From: Polyangia bacterium | GTDB taxonomy: Bacteria > Myxococcota_A > Polyangia > JAAYKL01 | Assembly: GCA_050287845.1 (NCBI GenBank) | Contig: JBNKCR010000019.1 | Location: 1-52,250, forward strand | DNA: 52,250 nt | Direction: 5' to 3' | In this document: piece by piece, positions 20,852 to 29,601 of the stretch | How the letters are laid out: every line of letters starts with the position of its first letter | Position numbering within the stretch: position 1 is the stretch's first letter | Notes under the pieces: model-generated | What the model saw: only the letters and a program-made list of their open reading frames with translations | Told to the model about the DNA's origin: nothing | Database searches by the model: none | Made by a program: the position numbers and the translations under genes

Positions 20852-21610
20852 TCAGAATCCGGTGGGCTCATCGATAAACACGGTTTCAATATCCGGAAAC
20901 TGCTGTACCAGTTTCTTTCCAAGGGCTCGCACTCCGACGGTTTCCGTTTTGTAATGACCCAGATACATGAGGTGGATTTTGCCTTCCCGGGCTTCGTGGT
21001 ACTTTTCATGGGACCCTTCACCGGTAATCAGGCAGTCGTATCCTGTTTCGATGGCCTCGGTGAGAGTGGATGCACCCCCTCCTGAAACAATGGCAACGGT
21101 GCGGATTTGCGGTGGACCGAACGCAATGGTCTGGCCCCGGGTATTCAACTTTTCCTCAAATATTTTCTGTAGCTCTGTGGGGGTCATGGGGGCAGGGAGT
21201 GTCCCGCCGAATCCAACAGCGGATTCCATGTACTTTCCGAATGGTTTAATCCGTTTCAATCCCGCCATGGTGGCCAGTAGCGCGTTGTTTCCCACCTCCG
21301 GGTGCATATCCAGAGGCAGATGCGCAGCGTATAGATTGATATTGCTGGAAATCAGGAATTTGATGTGTTCGTAGTTCCGGCCGGTAATGTAATTGAGTCC
21401 TCCCCAGATGAATCCGTGATGTACCAGCAGCATCTGCGCACCGGCCTCAGCTGCCTTTTCATACGTAGCCAGGGCGGCATCGGTGGCCAGCGCAACTCTG
21501 GTGACTTCGTCTGCGCCCTGCACCTGCAATCCGTTTTGCGACTTATCCTTTATTTCTCCAATGCGTAGAAAATCATCCAAATACGAGACTATATCATTTC
21601 TTCCGGTCAT
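20852..21610 (-). CDS. Nif3-like dinuclear metal centre protein (YbgI/DUF34)
   Basis: NGLQVQG, LVHHGFIW, YAAHLPLDMHPEVGNN, SGGGA, TGE, GHYKTE. Confidence 0.93.
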   Translation of the reverse strand: MTGRNDIVSYLDDFLRIGEIKDKSQNGLQVQGADEVTRVALATDAALATYEKAAEAGAQMLLVHHGFIWGGLNYITGRNYEHIKFLISSNINLYAAHLPLDMHPEVGNNALLATMAGLKRIKPFGKYMESAVGFGGTLPAPMTPTELQKIFEEKLNTRGQTIAFGPPQIRTVAIVSGGGASTLTEAIETGYDCLITGEGSHEKYHEAREGKIHLMYLGHYKTETVGVRALGKKLVQQFPDIETVFIDEPTGF

Positions 21611-21630
21611 ATGGACTCCTCTGTAAATGT

Positions 21631-21666
21631 AAAAAAAAGGGGGACAGTCAATGTGCTGTCCCCCTT
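21631..21666 (-). terminator. Rho-independent terminator after the thioredoxin/GILT-like lipoprotein gene
   Basis: aagggggacag/ctgtccccctt inverted repeat with a T run on the minus strand. Confidence 0.8.
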
Positions 21667-21702
21667 CCAAGTAAACAAACGATGTGCTGTCGCTATCTGA
21701 AA

Positions 21703-23316
21703 TCAGCCACCGCAGGCACCGGCCGGGGCTTTGTTGGCGCGATCGTTGGAGAGCGGTTTTTCGCAGCCTTTGAGACCGGGATTGGCCTTGCAGAAGTTAT
21801 CCTGAATCGCCTTGGGCGTAACACCACTGAATTTGGTTGTGCCATTCACAATCCAGGTGGGGCTGGCGCCAATACCGAGACTGTTGGCCACTTTCATGTC
21901 TTCTTTCACGAGATCTGCACCTTCTTCGTTGACGCATTTCTCAATCGCGGCGGCTTTGATAGGCCCGGTGGTGCATTTCTTCCACTCCGGATTTTTATAA
22001 TCTGCGGCGCGGCACCATACATATTTCAGGTAGTCATTGTTTTTGGGATACAGTTTTTTCGCACATGCCCAGCGCATGTCTTCATCAACTTCGGCCTGAC
22101 CGTGCATGGACGAGATTTTGTCCCCGGCCATGTTGGCAATGAAGTGCAACTGGAAATCCATATCCGAACCAAATGCATCCAGCACTTCGCCCATGGCATT
22201 TACCGCCATGGCGCCGAAGGGACACTGGCTCATTACGAATACTTCAAGAGATTTTGCAGTGGCGGGACGACATGCCAGCGTGTTCTGGCAGGTTTCATCT
22301 TCACAATCCACTTTGCCGTTACCGGTGTCGTCTTTCTTGTTGTCACAGATTTCCGCATTGGGATCAAACGACGCTTTCACTTTTACCTGATAGTAATCGC
22401 CAGTTTTGGTCAACCAGCGTTCCATGTGCTTGAATCCTTCTTCATCCTTCTGAACGCTGTCGTCGAACAGCAGGGCAGGAAGCATGGTGATTTTGGCGTT
22501 CGTCGCGATTTTCTGTGCTTCCGCATCGGACCAGTCCATGGTTACCGGCTTGAGGCCCATGAAAATGCCGTTCAAACTCTGGATCATTCTGTCCACTTCA
22601 CATTCTTCGCCACAGCGCTTGTCTGTCAACGCAATCAGCTTCACTTCTGCTGGCGGCTTAATATTTTCACAATATTTCAGACCTTTTTCCTTGCCGAATT
22701 TATTGCAGATGAACTGTTCCATGGCCTGAGCAGAACGGTTTCCGGCATACTTTTCGTCGGCGACGAAAATGGACGGGCTGCCCGTGGCTTTTTTGGCGGT
22801 GGCCAGTTCAAAGCTCTTGGCAAGCAGGTCTTTGCCCTGGTCGCCATCTTTACAGCTTTTGAACTTTTCAAGATCGAGTTTGGCCGTTTTGGCGCATTCT
22901 TCCGCATGGGTGGGAATCTCGCGCCATTTCTTGTTTACGCAGGTCACATAATCCCAATATTCCTTGCTGGAAGGGGCGAGGGTTTTGGCACAAAGGTGAT
23001 TGATATCGCCCTGAACCTCTTTGTCGCCGTGCATACTGGAAAGTGAGCCATCCGGCTTTTTGGCGCCGATAAAATTAATGTTGATCCCCAGCTGTCCCTT
23101 GAATGTCTCAATTAATGGATAGAGCTGATCTATGGCCTGAGCACCGTAAGGGCATTGGGACATGACAAACAGATCAATCACTACTTCTTCTTTTGTCCCT
23201 GCAGCCTTGGCAGCTTTCTCGTCAGATTTTTTCTCCCCGGCATCTTTGGGACCGCAAGCTACTGCGAACATGGCCAATGCGGCCATTATAAATACAGTTG
23301 TCAGTATTTTCTTCAT
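21703..23316 (-). CDS. Cys-rich lipoprotein with two GILT/DsbA-like thioredoxin-fold domains
   Basis: Lipobox AVAC; duplicated FVMSQCP(Y/F)G...SSMHG..EV..D...GSPS/ASPT domains; central EICDNKKDDTGNGKVDC motif. Confidence 0.75.
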   Translation of the reverse strand: MKKILTTVFIMAALAMFAVACGPKDAGEKKSDEKAAKAAGTKEEVVIDLFVMSQCPYGAQAIDQLYPLIETFKGQLGININFIGAKKPDGSLSSMHGDKEVQGDINHLCAKTLAPSSKEYWDYVTCVNKKWREIPTHAEECAKTAKLDLEKFKSCKDGDQGKDLLAKSFELATAKKATGSPSIFVADEKYAGNRSAQAMEQFICNKFGKEKGLKYCENIKPPAEVKLIALTDKRCGEECEVDRMIQSLNGIFMGLKPVTMDWSDAEAQKIATNAKITMLPALLFDDSVQKDEEGFKHMERWLTKTGDYYQVKVKASFDPNAEICDNKKDDTGNGKVDCEDETCQNTLACRPATAKSLEVFVMSQCPFGAMAVNAMGEVLDAFGSDMDFQLHFIANMAGDKISSMHGQAEVDEDMRWACAKKLYPKNNDYLKYVWCRAADYKNPEWKKCTTGPIKAAAIEKCVNEEGADLVKEDMKVANSLGIGASPTWIVNGTTKFSGVTPKAIQDNFCKANPGLKGCEKPLSNDRANKAPAGACGG

Positions 23317-23399
23317 CGCTGTTTCCTACTCTTTCCTTCCATGAAATTGGCTATTTTTTCAAGCAGCGCGAGCACAGGCTGCGCTATGTTAAACAAATG

Positions 23400-23897
23400 T
23401 CAGTGACCGCAACACCCTTGACTGCCATCACCGCAATGATGATGTTCCGGTGGTACCAGTTCCTCTTCGGTCGCTTGCCTGACTTCGGCGATTTTTACAT
23501 CAAAATGCAGATTTTGGCCAGCAAGAGGATGATTTAAATTCACGATGATGTTTTCTTCCTTTACTTCATGAATGATGAACCGCATGGGACCATGAGGGGT
23601 ATTGGCCTGGAACTGCTGTCCTGGCTGCAAATTCTCGGTGTTCGGAAAGTTCTGTTTTGGAATTTCCTGAAATAATTCTTCATTGACCGGACCGTAGCCC
23701 TCTTCCGGGGCCACGAGCACTTTTTTACTTTCGTCAGCGCTCATACCTTCAAGGGCCTTCTCCAGACCGGGGATGATTTGGCCTCTTCCCCATACAAATC
23801 CAAGAGGGCTATCTTCTTCAGATTTGTCGACAACATTTCCCTGGTCATCGGTTAGCGTGTAATTGATGGCCACATACGCTTCATTTTTCACTTTCAT
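23400..23897 (-). CDS. slyD: FKBP-type peptidyl-prolyl isomerase SlyD
   Basis: YTLTDDQG, GQIIPGLEKAL, PEEGYG, NHPLAGQNLHFDV, His/Cys tail HHHCGDGSQGCCGH. Confidence 0.93.
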   Translation of the reverse strand: MKVKNEAYVAINYTLTDDQGNVVDKSEEDSPLGFVWGRGQIIPGLEKALEGMSADESKKVLVAPEEGYGPVNEELFQEIPKQNFPNTENLQPGQQFQANTPHGPMRFIIHEVKEENIIVNLNHPLAGQNLHFDVKIAEVRQATEEELVPPEHHHCGDGSQGCCGH

Positions 23898-24174
23898 TTT
23901 TACAAACACTCCCTGTGAACATTTCCAACAGAAATACTATCGGCCTTTCAGGCCGTATGGCTCGCAACCCTAGTCTGAAGCGACATTTCGGTCAACTTTT
24001 CATTTATATATTTATAAATATATATAACCCCGGATGCGCGCCTTGTTTCATGATGATATGGTTTACCATCGATTGTTCGGTACACAACCCCGGAACCCTG
24101 CAATCTATTCCATTTTTTGGCGTAAAAAACCGTTATTTTCGGTGGAAAGGCGCTCCGATGCTTGTTTCTATGGG

Positions 24175-24522
24175 CTATTCCGGAGGGCTATCCTCCACGG
24201 GGAACGGGCTCTCAGGCGGGTTGTCATATTCTCGCTGAGAGGCGCTCCACCAGTTCGGCGCGCAGGCAGAACTGGAGCAATCATCGCAGAACAGTTCACT
24301 GACTTCTGACCATTGAACGCGTTTCAGATAGCCTTCGTCGCCTTCGGTACAATCCGTCTGGGCAAATATAGCACAGTCTTCGGCGGACGATATTCCCGAT
24401 GTGCAACTGGCCATGCAGTCGTCTTCGCGGATGCAGCATGTGTAGTAGCATCCACCGTCCTTGCATCCTTCGATGCAGAAACAGATCAGCAGGATTATGG
24501 GTACATAAAACGGTGATTTCAT
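24175..24522 (-). CDS. Small Cys-rich acidic lipoprotein
   Basis: Signal with IEGC lipobox; about 10 Cys in the mature part; Pro/Glu tail. Confidence 0.65.
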   Translation of the reverse strand: MKSPFYVPIILLICFCIEGCKDGGCYYTCCIREDDCMASCTSGISSAEDCAIFAQTDCTEGDEGYLKRVQWSEVSELFCDDCSSSACAPNWWSASQREYDNPPESPFPVEDSPPE

Positions 24523-24630
24523 TTTAACTTCCAGTGGAGAAATCGGAAATGCGCGGAAATTCTTTACACCGAATCGACCTGAATCGGATGGGATTGGCTG
24601 CTGCCCCTCAGTTGGTGACCGGTAAATTCT

Positions 24631-25626
24631 TCACTGGTATTGTGCGAGTGCTGCAGATAACTCCACTTTTACTGCATTTGCCAGGGAAATCGGTGATATC
24701 ACTTTCACATGCCGGTGAAACGAGATGATCCAGTTTTTTATCTCGAAATCATCTTCGCCTGCCGGTACATGCACCGTGAGGCGGGTGGTGCCGTCCGGCA
24801 GGGATTCAAGTTTCTGGGAATGATGAAACTGGCGGACGGAGACAAATGGCTTTGATGTTTTATCGAAAAGAAGCACCACTTCGGTGGGGCAGCCCTTCTG
24901 AATAAAAAGCGCATCCATGAAATGGTTTTCCGGTGCGTAATCTTTAGGTAACTGATATTTGGTTCCCCGAATGGCTTCGGTATTGCTCATCCGTTCGATG
25001 GCAAAGATGCGAATGGCGCTGTCCGGTGAATCCACTGCGACCGCCAGCAGGTACAACCCCAGTCTGTAGGTCACCAACGTGTACGGGATCACCGTCATCC
25101 GGGACTGGTTGCCACTGGAAGATGTGTAATCAAATTGAATTTTTCTGTCGTCAAACAATCCCGTGAGAACTTCATCCAAATCTTCAATCTGAGAATCCGA
25201 CAGCTTTTTGGGGCCATCGCTGACAGTGTACATTTTTCGCTTTAAATTTCGGAGATTGATAAAATCCTTTTCTCTGGAGATCTGAGACTCGATGGTTTCA
25301 AAAATTTTATTCAGCGAGTCTTCGAGGAGTGTCCCTTTGCAGAATTCGAACAGGCCGCGCCCCAGAAATAACGCAGCCACATCGGTCAGATTGAACGGGA
25401 TGTTGATGTGCCTCGCCGAGGCCGGAAGAAACCACACTTTCAGGCCTGTATCGAGGGTTTCGCTCTGGAGAGGAACACCCAGCGATATGAGATCATTGAT
25501 GTCGCGATTGGCGGTTCGCCGGTTTACGCCATAGTCTTCCATCATAGTGCGAATTGTCAGTCTGCCATGGCACATGAATCGCCGGTGAAGTTCAAAAAGC
25601 CGTTGATATTTCGTTTTATCCGCCAT
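24631..25626 (-). CDS. WYL-domain transcriptional regulator (wHTH-WYL-WCX; PafB/DriD-like)
   Basis: HTH 'YGVNRRTANRDINDL', 'FDYTS...PYTLV...LYLLA...IRIFAIERM', WCX 'EIKNWIISF...VKVISP.SL...V..EL'. Confidence 0.93.
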   Translation of the reverse strand: MADKTKYQRLFELHRRFMCHGRLTIRTMMEDYGVNRRTANRDINDLISLGVPLQSETLDTGLKVWFLPASARHINIPFNLTDVAALFLGRGLFEFCKGTLLEDSLNKIFETIESQISREKDFINLRNLKRKMYTVSDGPKKLSDSQIEDLDEVLTGLFDDRKIQFDYTSSSGNQSRMTVIPYTLVTYRLGLYLLAVAVDSPDSAIRIFAIERMSNTEAIRGTKYQLPKDYAPENHFMDALFIQKGCPTEVVLLFDKTSKPFVSVRQFHHSQKLESLPDGTTRLTVHVPAGEDDFEIKNWIISFHRHVKVISPISLANAVKVELSAALAQYQ

Positions 25627-25647
25627 GGGTGCTCCCCGGTTGGGTGA

Positions 25648-25678
25648 GACAGATTTTGTCCTACGGAGGGTGTACGCT
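25648..25678 (+). promoter_or_regulatory. WYL-type operator and promoter for the divergent gene
   Basis: GACA-gattt-TGTC palindrome (25648-25660; GAC-N7-GTC core) overlapping TGTCCT-N10-TACGCT, the same spacing as the PafBC promoter TGTCGG-N10-TA-N3-T. Confidence 0.7.
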
Positions 25679-25715
25679 GAATTTAAGGCGAACACAACCC
25701 GAAACGAGGTAAAAA

Positions 25716-26207
25716 ATGTCTGTCAATTACTCTTTCAACGAATATGATTCACACATCACCCCCCCATTCGCAATGTCTATTTTACAGCGGGAAGGCGCTC
25801 ATCTGGGCAACAACGGATTTGCACATGGAATTGTGGTTGTTCCCGAAGGGGTCAGCGGTACCTGCGAGGTGCGAAACTGTATGGGAGATAATTATATCTA
25901 TCAGGAATTGTATCGGAATGGAAAATTGCTGGATACCAATGATCCTTGCAATCTGCGCAGTCATATGCCGTTGGTTCGTGAAGCCGGGGGAGAACTACTG
26001 GTTGCCAATACCGGGTTGGGCGGATTTCTGTACCGGCTGGTGCGAAACCCCCGTGTACTTCATGTGACGGTGGCTGAACCCGACTTTGATGTGATTGAAT
26101 TGGTGGAGCCTTCTTTTTCACGCTTTGCCGACAAGGTGACTTTTGTTCACTGCACATGGCAGCAGTTGGCCCGCAGCAATGATTTTGATCTGATTTATCT
26201 GGGCTGA
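25716..26207 (+). CDS. Short class I SAM-methyltransferase-like (spermidine-synthase-like Rossmann) protein of unknown function
   Basis: RBS gagg; VPEGVSG; LLVANTGLGG (degenerate motif I); HVTVAEPDFDVIELV (acidic residue after strand 2); ends at FDLIYLG, earlier than a complete fold. Confidence 0.6.
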   Translation: MSVNYSFNEYDSHITPPFAMSILQREGAHLGNNGFAHGIVVVPEGVSGTCEVRNCMGDNYIYQELYRNGKLLDTNDPCNLRSHMPLVREAGGELLVANTGLGGFLYRLVRNPRVLHVTVAEPDFDVIELVEPSFSRFADKVTFVHCTWQQLARSNDFDLIYLG

Positions 26208-26371
26208 TACAGGACAAAATGTATTCATGATTTGTTGATCTCCGTTCGCCACTCCCGGATGTACTCAGCCGATACATATTTTCGGTTTGGTATTGCATTG
26301 GGGTAATTTCAGTTGTAAGTGCTCCAATTATTCGGGTAAAGATAATATAAATACCAGGACGCAGATCATAA

Positions 26372-28324
26372 ATGGCCACAAAGGTACTTGAACAAATGTT
26401 TCGTCTACCAGGTGCTCTCCTGCTGAACCTGTGTATTGGTCTGTGTATTGGTGTCACTATTTCGCAACTGTGTTTCTGGGATATACCGGGGTTTATGCAA
26501 CACAATGTGATGCCACGGGAAATTCAGCCGCTGATGCTGCCGGCAATGATTCGAATAACGATTGTTTCAATGGTCGTTTTTTTTCTGCTTCACACCGGGG
26601 TCGGCTGGCTGCTTCGTCGATATCAGAAAATTCCAATGATTCAGACATTTCAAACAGGCAATCGCTATACCTTTGCAGTATTGGCGATTCCCATGTTTCT
26701 CAGTTTCAATGTTGAGAGACTTGCAGGAAACCACCCTTTGCGCGTATTGGTGATTTCATCGGCCATCGCGGCCATTGCCGCCCTGTATACCTATTCGATT
26801 CGATTCAAACCGACATTTCATTTCGGGTTGAAGCCAATGCATGCAACGATCATATCTGTGGCAATTGTATCGGCTGCGGCGATATGGTTCGTTTCAACCA
26901 TTTTTGAGTACCAGCTGATTCATCATCGGTCGTTGAAAACCGGAAACTACGACATGGGTGTTTATATCAATACGCTATGGAATAGCGCTCACGGCAATCT
27001 TATGAAATGCGATATTATCCGAGGGGGATATCACATTTTTGCTCACTTTGACCCGATTTTATTGCTGTTGTCACCCCTGATGTATGTATATCCCCATGGT
27101 GAAACGGTCCTTTTTCTTCAGACTGCTTGGCTGGCTGCGGGGGTGGTGCCGCTTTATCTCATTGTCCGGCATCATCTGCGACAGAATTGGATGGCGATTG
27201 TGATCTGTTTCGCCTACCTGCTATATCCGACGATACATTGTATGGCACTGTATGAGTTTCATTCGATTGTGCTGGCAGGTGCGCTGATTCTCTGGGCCTA
27301 TTATTTTATTGAAACCCGAAGATTGACTTTGTACTTTGTTGTTCTCGTTCTTCTGCTGCTGAACCGTGAAGATTTGGCCCTGATTATGTTTTTTTTCGGG
27401 TTTTATCTGTTCTACGGTGAAAAGCTTCTGAAAACCGGTGTGATTACCATGCTGGTATGCGTGGTGTATTACATTCTGGTGAAGCTCCTGATTATGGCGG
27501 TCGGGGAAAGTTACAGTTACGATTATTATTTTCACAGAATCCGGATGTCCGGACGAAGTCTGGTGGAAAGTGTCTGGATTACCCTGCTGACCAATCCGGT
27601 CTACCTGTTTCGGCAGGCGTTGACGGAACATAAACTGGTGTACCTGTTGCAGTTGCTTGTTCCTCTGTCCCTGCTGCCGCTGCTGGGACGAAAGAGACTG
27701 TTTGCCCCGTTGTATGGGATTCTGGTCAGCTTCTTTGTATCAAGGTACGTAGTAACGAGCATTCATTATCAATATTCCACTTTTCTGTATCCGTTTTTCT
27801 TTGCCATGACCCCGGCGGTACTTCGTGAAATTATGGATTCCAGGCTCCCGGCCCATTGGGGATTGCAGGCAAACCGGCTGGTTGTTTCGCTGGTAATTGC
27901 CATTCTGGTTGCCTCGGTGTGTGTGTCCTACAACTACGGGGTGTTTCGAGAAAACAGATCGTTCCGGGCAGGGCATACGCGGTTTGACAGGCACATGAGC
28001 GATCGGGAAATCCAGCGCTATGAGGTGGTGAAGAAATTGCAGCAGATGATACCGGATTCGGCAACCCTCTCGGCATCTGAATCTCTGGGTCCCCACTTCG
28101 CAATACGGGAGAATCTGACACGACTGTACTACCTGCAACAGACGGATTATTATCTGGTGTACAACGAAGACTTGAAGGTGGACGAAGAGATTGGGGAACA
28201 GTACAACGTTTTTCTGAGAGATATGAATTACGATTTAATTTTCAGTGAATTGGGTGTGAAGCTGTTTATCCGGTCTGACTTGAATCGGGGCGCGTATCGG
28301 GTGCTGAATAAGCCCCAAAAATAG
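26372..28324 (+). CDS. DUF2079-family polytopic membrane protein (GT-C-like)
   Basis: YDMGVYINTLWN, HFDPILLLL.PL, YEFHS, LNREDL, YQYS; many TM segments. Confidence 0.8.
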   Translation: MATKVLEQMFRLPGALLLNLCIGLCIGVTISQLCFWDIPGFMQHNVMPREIQPLMLPAMIRITIVSMVVFFLLHTGVGWLLRRYQKIPMIQTFQTGNRYTFAVLAIPMFLSFNVERLAGNHPLRVLVISSAIAAIAALYTYSIRFKPTFHFGLKPMHATIISVAIVSAAAIWFVSTIFEYQLIHHRSLKTGNYDMGVYINTLWNSAHGNLMKCDIIRGGYHIFAHFDPILLLLSPLMYVYPHGETVLFLQTAWLAAGVVPLYLIVRHHLRQNWMAIVICFAYLLYPTIHCMALYEFHSIVLAGALILWAYYFIETRRLTLYFVVLVLLLLNREDLALIMFFFGFYLFYGEKLLKTGVITMLVCVVYYILVKLLIMAVGESYSYDYYFHRIRMSGRSLVESVWITLLTNPVYLFRQALTEHKLVYLLQLLVPLSLLPLLGRKRLFAPLYGILVSFFVSRYVVTSIHYQYSTFLYPFFFAMTPAVLREIMDSRLPAHWGLQANRLVVSLVIAILVASVCVSYNYGVFRENRSFRAGHTRFDRHMSDREIQRYEVVKKLQQMIPDSATLSASESLGPHFAIRENLTRLYYLQQTDYYLVYNEDLKVDEEIGEQYNVFLRDMNYDLIFSELGVKLFIRSDLNRGAYRVLNKPQK

Positions 28325-28409
28325 GATTTTAAAAGGCGACAGCACGTTTCCGATGGGGTATGGTCCCCGAATTCCCCCAACCCCCCGGGGTGGACAACAG
28401 GAGGATTTT

Positions 28410-29564
28410 ATGGAGGCATTTGAGGAAATCAGGCCCTACCGGGATTCCGAAGTATCTCATGTGTTATCACAGTTGATTGCGGACAAGGAATTTCACGACA
28501 CCGTTGCCCGGTTTCGTTTTCCGCGGCTACGGAATGTATGCGCGCCGCTGGGACGGACGCTTGTGAGAGCAGCGGTGAAAAATGAAATGCGCGGCATCAG
28601 CGATGTCACTTCATTTCAGCTGGTGGTGAAAAAGTATTTCGAGCGGGTGATTGCTTCTTCCACCAGCGGGTTCAGTATCAGCGGTCTTAAAGAACTCGAT
28701 CCGGACATCGCATATCTTTTTATCAGTAATCATCGCGATATCGCATTGGACCCCGCATTTGTGAATGTTGCGCTGGCCTCCCGGGGGCACGATACTGCCC
28801 GCATCGCCATTGGAGACAACCTGCTCTCCAAACCGTTTGCCGCTCATCTGATGCGGTTGAACAAGAGTTTTATCGTAAAACGTTCCGCCAAGGGCAGGCA
28901 AATGTTGGCCGCAACCAAAAACCTGTCGAATTATATCCGCATGTCCATTCAGAGAGAGAATGCATCGGTCTGGCTGGCACAACGGGAAGGGCGCGCCAAG
29001 GACAGTCTGGACAAAACCGAACCGGCTATTATAAAAATGCTGTCACTGAGTCGGGATCGCAAAGGCGAAGCGTTCAGTGATTTTATCAACACCCTGAACA
29101 TCGTTCCCGTGTCCATCTCATACGAGTGGGATCCCTGTGATATTTTCAAGGCAACAGAGTTGGCGGTGCGAACCTCCGGACAGGTGTATGAAAAGCAGGC
29201 CCACGAGGATCTGAAAAGCATTGGTGCCGGGATAACCGGACAGAAAGGCGCCGTTCACGTTCATTTCGGCAAAGTGATTTGCGGAAATTTTGAAACTGCG
29301 GAACAGGTGGCGGATGCCATTGATGAACAGATTTGGTCGAATTACGTTTTACACCCCAGTAACTTTGTGGCGTATGAAATGCGATACGGTGCGGTGCCCG
29401 CGTTGCCGCAGGGGGCTGAAGGCGAAATATTTCTGCTCGACCGACACATCAATACCAAAACCGAAATTGAACGGCGTCTCGGCGACCTGACGTCTTATGT
29501 GCGGGATTTTCTTCTGGATATTTATGCCAATCCAATTGTTTCCAGGTTGCGCACGGCAATGTAG
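28410..29564 (+). CDS. Glycerolipid acyltransferase (PlsB/PlsC superfamily)
   Basis: FEEIRPY, NHRDIALD (HX4D), IAIGDNLL, LNKSFIVKR, AQREGRAKD, SYEWDPCD. Confidence 0.9.
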   Translation: MEAFEEIRPYRDSEVSHVLSQLIADKEFHDTVARFRFPRLRNVCAPLGRTLVRAAVKNEMRGISDVTSFQLVVKKYFERVIASSTSGFSISGLKELDPDIAYLFISNHRDIALDPAFVNVALASRGHDTARIAIGDNLLSKPFAAHLMRLNKSFIVKRSAKGRQMLAATKNLSNYIRMSIQRENASVWLAQREGRAKDSLDKTEPAIIKMLSLSRDRKGEAFSDFINTLNIVPVSISYEWDPCDIFKATELAVRTSGQVYEKQAHEDLKSIGAGITGQKGAVHVHFGKVICGNFETAEQVADAIDEQIWSNYVLHPSNFVAYEMRYGAVPALPQGAEGEIFLLDRHINTKTEIERRLGDLTSYVRDFLLDIYANPIVSRLRTAM

Positions 29565-29601
29565 CCGCTACGGCAGGAAACGCAAACTGCGAGGAGTGAA
29601 C

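Noticed and set aside
21682..23046. 454-aa plus-strand ORF
   Set aside because: Antisense shadow of the GILT-like lipoprotein gene; no motifs of its own.
26205..26207. Selenocysteine or other read-through of the TGA ending the MTase-like gene
   Set aside because: The downstream frame (YRTKCIHDLL...) does not visibly continue the fold, and I see no convincing SECIS hairpin.
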